Program-made: the position numbers and the translations under genes
From: Anaerolineales bacterium
GTDB lineage: Bacteria > Chloroflexota > Anaerolineae > Anaerolineales > Villigracilaceae
Assembly: GCA_030680795.1 (NCBI GenBank)
Contig: JAUXUL010000036.1
Span: forward strand, 16,766 to 80,765
Length of the DNA stretch: 64,000 nucleotides
Direction: 5' to 3'
The notes under the pieces: model-generated
Seen by the model: only the letters and a program-made list of their open reading frames with translations
What the model was told of the DNA's origin: nothing
Databases searched by the model: none
Shown: piece after piece, positions 43,648 to 52,605 of the stretch
Position numbering within the stretch: position 1 is the first letter of the stretch
How the letters are laid out: each line of letters opens with the position of its first letter

Positions 43648-44238
43648 ATGAAAATAAAATTCCTATATATCCTATCAATATTAATCATCACTACCCTGGC
43701 TGCCTGCGGCACTGCTCAGCCGGCATTGAGCTCCGAAGATATTGCGAATACGGCTGTCGCAGACGCATGGATCGCCATCACTCAAACGCAAGCCGCAATG
43801 CCCACTGCAACTCTTGCACCGCCTACAGCGACGTCTGAACCCACGTTGACTCCCTTTCCAACCTTGCCGCCGCTCCCTGTGCTTCCAACTGCGACGGTAG
43901 CAGCTCCTGCAACGGATCCTTGCAACCAGGTCCCGCCTCAGGAACCCCAAGGTGTCTTGGTAAATGTTGAGTTTATTAATCAATCAGATGGACAGGTTAA
44001 TCTTTCAATCGGTATGAGCACGCCAAATGATAAAAGCGAGTGCGTTACTTATTCATTTGCTTTCGGCAAAGTCGGCGTGCCCACAACCAAAGTGTTGGCA
44101 GGTTGTTATTGGGGCTATGCCTGGATCACAGGCGACGAACCCTCCGTTGCCAGAACTGGGAATACCATTTTATGTATGACCGACACGAGCGGAATTTATC
44201 ATATCGAAATCACCAAGGAACGCATTGAATTCAAATAA
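43648..44238 (+). CDS. Lipoprotein with Thr/Pro-rich linker
   Basis: Signal plus lipobox ITTLAAC. Linker PTATLAPPTATSEPTLTPFPTLPPLPVLPTATVAAPATDP. Confidence 0.7.
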   Translation: MKIKFLYILSILIITTLAACGTAQPALSSEDIANTAVADAWIAITQTQAAMPTATLAPPTATSEPTLTPFPTLPPLPVLPTATVAAPATDPCNQVPPQEPQGVLVNVEFINQSDGQVNLSIGMSTPNDKSECVTYSFAFGKVGVPTTKVLAGCYWGYAWITGDEPSVARTGNTILCMTDTSGIYHIEITKERIEFK

Positions 44239-44247
44239 CCGTGGTTT

Positions 44248-44696
44248 ATGAATGAAAAGCGCCCCAAGTTCCTCTTCTACTTCTCCATCACCTTAGTGAT
44301 TTGCTCAAGCGCGCTCTATCACTTTGCAGCAAAGAGCATGCCGTCGAATGTGAACTTCATCGTATCCCTTTTGGTGACGTACATTGTTGCGGTTGTGGTT
44401 GTTTTATTGACCATCTTTTTCTTCCCTATTCAAAACGGACTTGTCTTCGAGTTGAAACAAATCAACTCGGCAAGTATCGGATTGGCCATTGCCATCGTCG
44501 GAATCGAGTTTGGCTTTCTGCGTATCTATCGCTCAGCTGGCCTCTCGGCCTTGCCGCGGTGTTGGTCAATGTAGTGGCTTCGCTGATTTTAGTGTCTGTG
44601 GCGATTTTTGTGTTCAAGGATAAATTGAACTGGGTCAATATCGCTGGGATTTTGGTCTGCCTGGCCGGGCTGATCATGTTGAATTGGAAAAGATAA
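44248..44696 (+). pseudogene. Small DMT/EamA-type (ArnE/ArnF-like) membrane protein split by a frameshift
   Basis: ORF 44248-44574 carries helices 1-3. The last helix (LILVSVAIFVFKDKLNWVNIAGILVCLAGLIMLNW) is in another frame (ORF 44301-44696). The switch is near 44540-44560. Confidence 0.55.
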
Positions 44697-44714
44697 ACAG
44701 GAGTTTTTATAAAA

Positions 44715-45743
44715 ATGCTTTCTCGCATCAAATCCGCTGCTCGCATCCTGCTCAAAGGCGACTCCAAAAAGAAAAACCGCAACCCCATCCCTGCCATCAC
44801 CACCGAGGAGGTGGCGGAGATCAAGCAGTTCTTCCCGCGCGAGAAGTTCTTCATCATGGGCCACGCCCGCTCAGGGACGACTCTCCTGATGCGCCTGGCG
44901 CGCCTGCATCCCGAAGTGCACTGCAACTATCAGGCGCACTTCTTCACGCGCCAGCCTTTGCTCAAGTCACTGGTGAATACGCCCGAAGCGGAAGAGTGGC
45001 TTACGCGCAAGTCCAACCGCTGGAATCAGGGACGCGACCTTTCGCCGCTTGTCCTGCGCTCCGCCGCCGATTTCATCATGGAACGCGATGCGGCTCGCGA
45101 AGGAAAGATGATCGTAGGCGACAAAAGTCCCTCGTCCACCATTCATGGACAGGCTGTGCGCGACATGTATATGGTCTACCCCGATGCGAAACTGATCTAC
45201 ATTATCCGCGATGGACGCGATGTGTTGATCTCGGAACGTTTTCGGAATTTTGTGGAAGAATCCAAATTCTTAAGCACGGAAGACAAACGCATCATTGCTG
45301 ACCTGCAAGTTGATTCTGCTCCATTTACAGATGGACGCCGTTCGATCTTCACCGAGACCTTCATCCGCCGCGTGGCGAAAGACTGGGTGGAAGATTTGCA
45401 GGAGACCGAAGATGAAGGTAAAAGATTATTTGGCGAGAATTATATTGGGATGCGCTATGAAGACCTGCTGAACAACTCGTTTGAAGAAATGTCGCGCTTG
45501 TGGAAATTTTTAGGCGTGAAAAATATCAATGTGTCACTTGTGGACGAGATCAAAACCGAGATGGGATCAAACCCCGATGAGGAGTGGCAGGCCAAACGGA
45601 ATGAAGGCATCGCATCCTTCCTTCCAAAAGGGCAGGCTGGGAATTGGTCGAAATTGTTTACGGCGCGAGACAGGATGATTTTCAAGGAGGCAGCCGGTGA
45701 AATGTTGAAAAAATGGAAATATGAAAAGGATTCCGATTGGTGA
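44715..45743 (+). CDS. Sulfotransferase (PAPS-dependent)
   Basis: 5'-PSB motif FFIMGHARSGTTLL. 3'-PB motif IYIIRDGRDVLIS. Confidence 0.75.
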   Translation: MLSRIKSAARILLKGDSKKKNRNPIPAITTEEVAEIKQFFPREKFFIMGHARSGTTLLMRLARLHPEVHCNYQAHFFTRQPLLKSLVNTPEAEEWLTRKSNRWNQGRDLSPLVLRSAADFIMERDAAREGKMIVGDKSPSSTIHGQAVRDMYMVYPDAKLIYIIRDGRDVLISERFRNFVEESKFLSTEDKRIIADLQVDSAPFTDGRRSIFTETFIRRVAKDWVEDLQETEDEGKRLFGENYIGMRYEDLLNNSFEEMSRLWKFLGVKNINVSLVDEIKTEMGSNPDEEWQAKRNEGIASFLPKGQAGNWSKLFTARDRMIFKEAAGEMLKKWKYEKDSDW

Positions 45744-45849
45744 GTTGTAAACTACAGAGGTGCAAAGGAAAAAATAAATTCAGCACTTTGTGATTTGATA
45801 TACTGCTAAAGCAGGAGTACCTATGTCTCTTTTGATAAATGTTTTTCAA

Positions 45850-47538
45850 ATGAAGAAAAAGCAGATCGCCTCACTTTTCATTGGTATGAGTGCTGTCTTG
45901 GGGGCTATTTTATTCACCATGTTCATTATTCCCAAGTCGGAGCCAGGCAACCAGTTGATTATGGGATTATCGGTAATCAGGGTTTTTATCGGCATCTTTT
46001 TCTTGGGGCTTTTACTGATTAATGTTGGGGCAATATTATTTATCACCGTGAATTTGGGTTCTTGGCAAAAAGAATTTGAAAGAAAGGTGATTGGATATTT
46101 TTTAGACCATCAAGCAGTAGTAATGATAGGTTTGTATGGCGTCTTTATTTTGACGGGTGCGTTTTTATTGCTGATCATACCGCCTATTATCCGCCCTCTT
46201 ACTTTTTTACAGCCGGTTAGCACTCGTTTAGGTGGTTTCTTAGGATGGATCTTTTTGGCCAGCTTACTTCTTATTGTATTGTTGCGTCTTCTTGCTGCAG
46301 AAATGAAAATTAATGAGCCGGTTGTAGCCCGATTGGATGAAATTCTAATTCTTGTGGGGTTATTCCTGGTGGTCTTTGTCCTATATGCACATTTCGCCGC
46401 CCTGATAGGTTGGATCAACAAAACCAAATATTCTTTTTGGGATCTACTTGCCGGGCAATTCTTACAAGGGAAGCTTTATTTGACGAATCCGCCCTATACT
46501 CACGACCTGACCCTGTATGAAGGAAACTGGTATGTTCCCATGCCGCCCCTGCCCGCTATTTTGATGATGCCTCTGGCCTACTTGATCGGGGCGGAGAATA
46601 TCAGCACAAGCTACCTGTCCATGGTTTTTAGTGCCATCAATGGGGTTCTCGTTTTTTTGATTTTGAGACAGATTAATGATCGTCAATGGATCCAAATTTC
46701 CAAGAGGGGAATTTTCTTGCTTGTCATTATATTCTTGTTTGGCACCCCGCACCTTTGGGTTGGTATTAGCGGGCGGGGATGGTATGTCAGCCAGATTTTG
46801 ACAGTACTGTTTTTGGCCCTGGCAACTTATTCGGCCTTGCGGTCATGGCCGGCGTGGTTGATCGGAACTTTTATCGCCATTGCAATGATTGCACGGCCTA
46901 ACAGTTTGATGACTTGGCCGTTCGTTTTCGCAATTTCGATGCAGATACTGAAAGAAAACCAGGGAAAAATTGACCTGAAGCATGTCTTTCATTGGAGTAT
47001 AGAGACGGTACCTCCAATTGTCATAGCTGTTATCGGGTTACTCACTTATAACTACTTAAGATTCGAAAATGTCCTTGATTTTGGATACACTACTGTTAAT
47101 GCTGGTCCAGATATAGTGAAAAATGTACAAACCTGGGGCGTATTTTCTCCTCACTTCATACTTAATAATCTTAAGGTTATGTTTTTCAGGATGCCCCGGA
47201 TAAATTTAAGCAGCCAATGGCCGCTTGAACCATCAACTACCGGCATGAGCGTCTTCCTGACCACGCCTCCCTTGATTTATCTGTTCCATCGTTATCCAAA
47301 GCAGTGGTGGATCATTGGTGCCTGGGTTGCAGTCCTTTTTAATATAACTTTGCTTAGCTTTTACCATAACACCGGCGCTCATCAGTTTGGTTACCGCTAT
47401 ATCCTTGATATGCTGGTGCCCCTGATAACCATGCTGGCTGTAGGGTTGGGCAGGAAAATCCCCTGGCATTTTATAGTTCTTGTTTTGGCCAGTATAATTA
47501 TCAACATGTATGGGGCAGACTGGTTTATGAATGGATGA
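45850..47538 (+). CDS. Polytopic membrane protein, probable GT-C glycosyltransferase
   Basis: ORF 45823-47538. More than 12 hydrophobic segments. Loop LYLTNPPYTHDLTLYEGNWYVPMPP. AT-richer by eye. Confidence 0.45.
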   Translation: MKKKQIASLFIGMSAVLGAILFTMFIIPKSEPGNQLIMGLSVIRVFIGIFFLGLLLINVGAILFITVNLGSWQKEFERKVIGYFLDHQAVVMIGLYGVFILTGAFLLLIIPPIIRPLTFLQPVSTRLGGFLGWIFLASLLLIVLLRLLAAEMKINEPVVARLDEILILVGLFLVVFVLYAHFAALIGWINKTKYSFWDLLAGQFLQGKLYLTNPPYTHDLTLYEGNWYVPMPPLPAILMMPLAYLIGAENISTSYLSMVFSAINGVLVFLILRQINDRQWIQISKRGIFLLVIIFLFGTPHLWVGISGRGWYVSQILTVLFLALATYSALRSWPAWLIGTFIAIAMIARPNSLMTWPFVFAISMQILKENQGKIDLKHVFHWSIETVPPIVIAVIGLLTYNYLRFENVLDFGYTTVNAGPDIVKNVQTWGVFSPHFILNNLKVMFFRMPRINLSSQWPLEPSTTGMSVFLTTPPLIYLFHRYPKQWWIIGAWVAVLFNITLLSFYHNTGAHQFGYRYILDMLVPLITMLAVGLGRKIPWHFIVLVLASIIINMYGADWFMNG

Positions 47539-47556
47539 TGTCTTTTTAAGGTAAAT

Positions 47557-48594
47557 ATGAAATTTTTAATTGCTGGGTTGGGTTCCATAGGACGCAGGCA
47601 TTTTCGTAATTTGATTTCACTTGGCGAAAAGGATATTGTTCTACTTCGCACACACAAAGCCACTTTACCTGATGATGAATTGGCGGGTTACCCTGTTGAG
47701 ATAGATATAAAGGAAGCACTTATAAAACACAAACCAGACGCTGTGATTGTATCAAATCCCACTTCCATGCATTTGGATGTTGCCATCCCTGCGGCAGAAG
47801 CGGGGTGTGCAATTTTGCTTGAAAAACCGATCTCTCATTCCACGGAGAGATTGGATATGTTACAAGCTGCCGCGAAAAATAACAATTCGAAAATTCTGGT
47901 CGCATTTCAGTTTCGCTTTCATCCTGGATTAATGCGTGCAAAACAATTGATCTCAAATGGCGAAATTGGGCGGGTCATTTCGGCGCACGTCCATTTTGGT
48001 GAATACCTGCCAGCCTGGCATCCATGGGAGGATTACAGAAAAGGATATGCGGCTCGCGCGGATATGGGCGGCGGTGTGGTATTGACCCAATGTCACTCGC
48101 TGGATTATCTTCCGTGGCTGGTTGGAAAGGTTGTGTCCGCATGGGGATTTACGGCAAAGTTAAGCGACCTTGAGGTGGATGTAGAAGACACAGCAAAGAT
48201 TGGTTTGCGTTTTGAAGGCGGGGCGTTGGCCAGTCTGCATTTGGATTTCAATCAGCAACCGCCTGCGCATCACTTTGAAGTAATTGGCACAAAAGGTACT
48301 GTGAAGTGGGATCTTTCTGATGGCGCAACACGCATATATCGGGCTTCGCCTGAGTCTCTTGCAATCTCCACAGGAATGGGGATCAAGGCTGGCGGCGAGT
48401 GGGAAACGTATCCACTTCCTGACGGCTGGGAGCGCAATCTCATGTTCCTGGAACAGATGAAACATTTTGTTGCAGTAGTGCATGCTGAAGCAGACCCGAT
48501 CTGTACGCTGGATGATGGTGTGCGGGTGCAATATCTTGTCGGCGCTCTTCACAGGTCCAGTGTTACGGGCAGTGCAGTCGATTTTATAATTTGA
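47557..48594 (+). CDS. Gfo/Idh/MocA-family oxidoreductase
   Basis: MKFLIAGLGSIGRRH...ILLEKPIS. Confidence 0.75.
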   Translation: MKFLIAGLGSIGRRHFRNLISLGEKDIVLLRTHKATLPDDELAGYPVEIDIKEALIKHKPDAVIVSNPTSMHLDVAIPAAEAGCAILLEKPISHSTERLDMLQAAAKNNNSKILVAFQFRFHPGLMRAKQLISNGEIGRVISAHVHFGEYLPAWHPWEDYRKGYAARADMGGGVVLTQCHSLDYLPWLVGKVVSAWGFTAKLSDLEVDVEDTAKIGLRFEGGALASLHLDFNQQPPAHHFEVIGTKGTVKWDLSDGATRIYRASPESLAISTGMGIKAGGEWETYPLPDGWERNLMFLEQMKHFVAVVHAEADPICTLDDGVRVQYLVGALHRSSVTGSAVDFII

Positions 48595-48622
48595 ATTTTG
48601 GGTTGTCTATTTAGTGATGTAA

Positions 48623-50638
48623 ATGCAAAAAATTAAATCGATTCTCCGCTTTAAATATTTTGTTGAATGTCTTTTAATGATTCTGATTTCAGGCCTTGCT
48701 TACTTGCTGTTTATTCCAAAATTCGGTTATTTCAACGACGACTGGTATCTGATGTATGCGGCGGGGGCGAAGGGGCCGGCTGTATTTTGGGATATTTTCA
48801 GCATTGACCGTCCCTTGCGCGCGCTGGTGATGATACCGGCGTATACCTTCTTTGGCGCGGATCCGCTTTATTACAACCTGAGCGCGTTCCTGTTTCGGCT
48901 GCTCGGTGGATTATCTTTTCTATGGATTCTTCGTATGGTCTGGCCAGGAAAGAACCGTATGACTCTTTGGATGGCCATTTTATTTTTACTGTATCCGGGC
49001 TTTTTGTCCCAGCCAAATGCGATTGATTATCTTAGTCATCTTGCCGGGCTGGCGGCGGGGATGCTTTCCATCGGTTTGACGCTCCAAGCAGTTCAATCCA
49101 ATACGTGGAAGCGCAAGGCCTTGTTTTATCTCGCCTCGATTTTGCTGGGCTGGTTTTATCTCGGCCAGATCGAGTGGTATATCGGACTTGAATTCTTCAG
49201 GTTCGCTTGTATTTTTCTTTTGGCGTTTCGCTTGAACGAAACGATATGGGTGAGGGCGGCCAGGTTCTTTCAGTATTCGCTTCCCGTGTTTTTGATCCCT
49301 GGCGTGTTTTTGGCATGGAGACTCTTTTATTTCAAGAGCGAGAGAGGTGCAACAGATGTGGATTTGCAATTAACCGACATGCGAGCGGAACCGTTGAAAT
49401 TCCTTTTCAATTACTCATCCGCACTCTTAAATGACTTTTTTGATGTACTGCTCCACGCCTGGTGGCTGCCGCTCCGCCGCCTTAGCGCTGGAATGACCAC
49501 TCAGGAATGGATGCCGGGATTTGGAATTGCTTTTTTGGTGTTGCTTTTGGTGTGGATATTTTCCGGCGTAGCTCAAGGGCCCGGGGACGTTGAATCAGGC
49601 CAAAGGTCCGTTTGGAGGCGGGAGCTAATTTGGGTTGGCCTTGGGGCGCTTGTATTCGGATTATTCCCCGTTATTTTGGTCGGTCGTACAGTTGATTTTA
49701 AGAATTTTTCACGATATACATTGATTGCATCTATAGGAGCGGTACTATTATGGCAGGTTGTGTTAAGCTATATTTCCAGCTTGCGGTTACGGAATGCTCT
49801 TTTTGGAATCCTGATCGTTTCCGCATCGCTGACTCACTATGCCAATGGATTTGTAAAAGCTCGCGAAACAGAAGCCACTCGTAATTTCTGGTGGCAGGTC
49901 AGCTGGCGTATTCCTCAGATAAATCCTGGCGCGACTTTGGTCACACATTACACTGTAGTAGCCGAGGAGGATTATTTTACGTGGGGCCCCGCCAATCTTC
50001 TTTATCACCCTGAATCCGATCACGAAAAATATGTTCAACCGGCTGTTTATGCCGTGGTTCTGAATGAGAAGACTGTTGCCAAAGTTCTTGCTCACGAACC
50101 TCAGGATTATTCCAATCGTCGCAGCATCCGCACTTATCCAAATTACCGCAATATTCTAATCTTTACTCAGCCAACCCCCGCCTCTTGCGTTCAAGTAATA
50201 GATTTACATCAGGTGGAATTATCTTCTGCTGAAGATTTGCGTGTGACCGACATTGCGCCGTATTCAGAGGCAGACCAGATCGCATTGAATGAGTCGTTCC
50301 ATGTTCCACCTGCAATCCCCTTTGGTCTTGAACCGCCTAATGAGTGGTGTTATTACTACGAGAAAGCTTCATATGCCCGCCAGTTGGGGGATTGGGATGA
50401 AGTTCTTCGTTTGGGAGAGGAGGCCATATCCCGTGGTTTTATTGCAAAAGACCAGATCGAGTGGATGCCATTCCTGCAGGCCTATGCGTATTCTGATTAT
50501 ACTGTCCGCCTGAACGAACTCGCTTCTTTCATGACCTCGGACCTGCCAGCCTTGCAACAGGCCTGTCACACGCTGACAGCCATGCCGCTTGCCCCGAACA
50601 CTCTCAACGAGATCAGCCACCTATTTTGCATCGAATAA
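48623..50638 (+). CDS. Polytopic membrane protein with C-terminal soluble domain, possible GT-C glycosyltransferase
   Basis: 671 aa. Early loop FGYFNDDWYLMYAA; many hydrophobic segments. Confidence 0.45.
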   Translation: MQKIKSILRFKYFVECLLMILISGLAYLLFIPKFGYFNDDWYLMYAAGAKGPAVFWDIFSIDRPLRALVMIPAYTFFGADPLYYNLSAFLFRLLGGLSFLWILRMVWPGKNRMTLWMAILFLLYPGFLSQPNAIDYLSHLAGLAAGMLSIGLTLQAVQSNTWKRKALFYLASILLGWFYLGQIEWYIGLEFFRFACIFLLAFRLNETIWVRAARFFQYSLPVFLIPGVFLAWRLFYFKSERGATDVDLQLTDMRAEPLKFLFNYSSALLNDFFDVLLHAWWLPLRRLSAGMTTQEWMPGFGIAFLVLLLVWIFSGVAQGPGDVESGQRSVWRRELIWVGLGALVFGLFPVILVGRTVDFKNFSRYTLIASIGAVLLWQVVLSYISSLRLRNALFGILIVSASLTHYANGFVKARETEATRNFWWQVSWRIPQINPGATLVTHYTVVAEEDYFTWGPANLLYHPESDHEKYVQPAVYAVVLNEKTVAKVLAHEPQDYSNRRSIRTYPNYRNILIFTQPTPASCVQVIDLHQVELSSAEDLRVTDIAPYSEADQIALNESFHVPPAIPFGLEPPNEWCYYYEKASYARQLGDWDEVLRLGEEAISRGFIAKDQIEWMPFLQAYAYSDYTVRLNELASFMTSDLPALQQACHTLTAMPLAPNTLNEISHLFCIE

Positions 50639-50666
50639 TGGGGATGGGTAGCCGAAAAAATCCAAA

Positions 50667-50694
50667 ATTCACCGCCTGAATTTTGGAGTATAAT
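50667..50694 (+). promoter_or_regulatory. Operator-like dyad plus TATAAT upstream of the PAPS-synthase gene
   Basis: ATTCAC 50667-50672, CGC, CTGAAT 50676-50681, inside the 10-bp inverted repeat CCAAAATTCA/TGAATTTTGG. TATAAT 50689-50694. Confidence 0.45.
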
Positions 50695-50803
50695 TTGCGC
50701 TTGTGTTTGACAAATAATAAAACTTCGGAAGTCTCTCTACATGTTTTTTAATTGAAAGACTCCGAAAAGGCTTCCGAAGTTTACACTTTTCATGGAGTAA
50801 AAA

Positions 50804-52531
50804 ATGGCAAAAGCAAAACTCATCCCGCCTTATGGCGGCAAACTGGTCAACCTGATGGTCGAAGGCAAGGAGCGTGAAGAACTTCTCGCCCGCGCCGGGC
50901 AACTTCCTTCCATCAAGATCACCATGCGTAATATGTGCGACCTCGAATTGATCGCCACGGGCGGATTTTCTCCACTGGCCACATTCATGGGCAAAGCCGA
51001 TTATGACCGAGTGCTCAAGGAAATGCGCCTTGCGGATGGAACGCTCTTCCCGCTTCCCATCACCCTGACAGCTGATCCTAAAGAACTAGCGACCATTGGC
51101 GAAGAACTGGCATTGCGAAGCGCAAACTTCGATCTGATCGCGGTGATGACTCTTGATGAGGTCTATCACTGGGATGCAGAGACCGAAGCGACATTGGCTT
51201 ATGGTTCAACTGACTCCAAGCACCCGATGGTCTCTGAGATGGAGCGGTGGGACAAGGTCTGCATCTCTGGACCAATGAAAGTTGTTAACCTCCCCAAGTA
51301 TTATGACTTTGTGAATTTGAGACACACGCCCGTTCAGATACGTGACATGCTCGAAAAGATGGGACATGATAATGTGGTCGCATTTCAGACCCGCAATCCT
51401 TTGCACCGCATTCATGAAGAACTCACCAAACGCGCCGCGGCTGAGGTCAAAGGCTCGTTGATCGTTCACCCCGTCGTCGGTATGACCAAGCCCGGTGATG
51501 TGGATCATTACACCCGCGTCCGAACATACAAGGCGTTGGTGGATAATTACTACGACAAGAAAGACACCATGCTCAGCCTGCTTCCGCTGGCAATGCGTAT
51601 GGCGGGTCCAAAGGAAGCGTTACTGCATGCCATCATTCGTCGTAACCACGGTGCGAATCATTTTGTTGTCGGCCGCGATCACGCAGGGCCGGGAAACGAT
51701 TCTTCGGGCAAACCATTCTACGGTCCGTATGAGGCGCAGGAAGTCATGAAGAAATACGAAGCCGAGCTAGGCGTCAAGATGATCCCGTTCGAAATGCTCG
51801 TCTATCTGCCTGATGAAGATCGTTATGTCGAAGAGAAGGAAGTGCCCAGGGGCATGAAGACAGCCAATATTTCCGGCACACAAGTCCGCGATGAATATCT
51901 GATCAAGGGTAAGTTGTTACCTGAATGGTTCACACGACCCGAGACCGCTGAGATCTTGCGCGAGATGTATCCGCCGCGCCACAAGCAGGGCTTTTGTATT
52001 TGGTTTACCGGCTTAAGCGGTTCAGGCAAGAGCGCCACATCAGAGGTGCTCACCACGTTGCTCCTCGAACGCGGACGTGAGATAGCCATTCTCGATGGTG
52101 ATGTGGTTCGCACGCATCTTTCCAAGGGACTTGGTTTCAGCAAGGAAGATCGCGACACCAATATCATTCGCATCGGATTCGTAGCCGGCGAAATTGTCCA
52201 CGCAAGCGGTGCTGTGATTTGTGCAGCAATTAGTCCATACCGCGCTACCCGCGCAGAAGCCCGCAAGATGGTGGGTGAGAACTTCATCGAAGTGTACATG
52301 GATACCCCCGTTGAAGTCTGCGAACAACGCGATGTAAAAGGTTTATATGCCAAAGCGCGCCAGGCTATGGCGGACGGTAAGCCGATGGGCTTCACCGGCG
52401 TGGACGATCCCTACGAACCGCCGATCGAACCTTCGATCACGCTCCAGGGCTTCGGCGCAACACCGGAAGACAATGCCCGCATTATCATCAAGTACCTTGA
52501 AGACCAGGGCTATATTCTGCCTGCAAAATAG
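50804..52531 (+). CDS. Bifunctional sulfate adenylyltransferase / adenylylsulfate kinase (PAPS synthase)
   Basis: 575 aa. QTRNPLHRIHEEL and VGRDHAGPG (ATP sulfurylase). C-terminal FTGLSGSGKS P-loop (APS kinase). Confidence 0.9.
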   Translation: MAKAKLIPPYGGKLVNLMVEGKEREELLARAGQLPSIKITMRNMCDLELIATGGFSPLATFMGKADYDRVLKEMRLADGTLFPLPITLTADPKELATIGEELALRSANFDLIAVMTLDEVYHWDAETEATLAYGSTDSKHPMVSEMERWDKVCISGPMKVVNLPKYYDFVNLRHTPVQIRDMLEKMGHDNVVAFQTRNPLHRIHEELTKRAAAEVKGSLIVHPVVGMTKPGDVDHYTRVRTYKALVDNYYDKKDTMLSLLPLAMRMAGPKEALLHAIIRRNHGANHFVVGRDHAGPGNDSSGKPFYGPYEAQEVMKKYEAELGVKMIPFEMLVYLPDEDRYVEEKEVPRGMKTANISGTQVRDEYLIKGKLLPEWFTRPETAEILREMYPPRHKQGFCIWFTGLSGSGKSATSEVLTTLLLERGREIAILDGDVVRTHLSKGLGFSKEDRDTNIIRIGFVAGEIVHASGAVICAAISPYRATRAEARKMVGENFIEVYMDTPVEVCEQRDVKGLYAKARQAMADGKPMGFTGVDDPYEPPIEPSITLQGFGATPEDNARIIIKYLEDQGYILPAK

Positions 52532-52605
52532 TTTAATATTGATAAGGTATCCGTCACCTTTACCCCCAGGGAGCTCCGCGAAGATGACCGTCACCTATTT
52601 TCTCT

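Noticed and set aside
44684-45301. The 205-aa ORF overlapping the start of the sulfotransferase gene.
   Set aside because: It is an out-of-frame, Arg/Pro/His-rich overlap with a gene that has clear PAPS-binding motifs. It is a shadow ORF.
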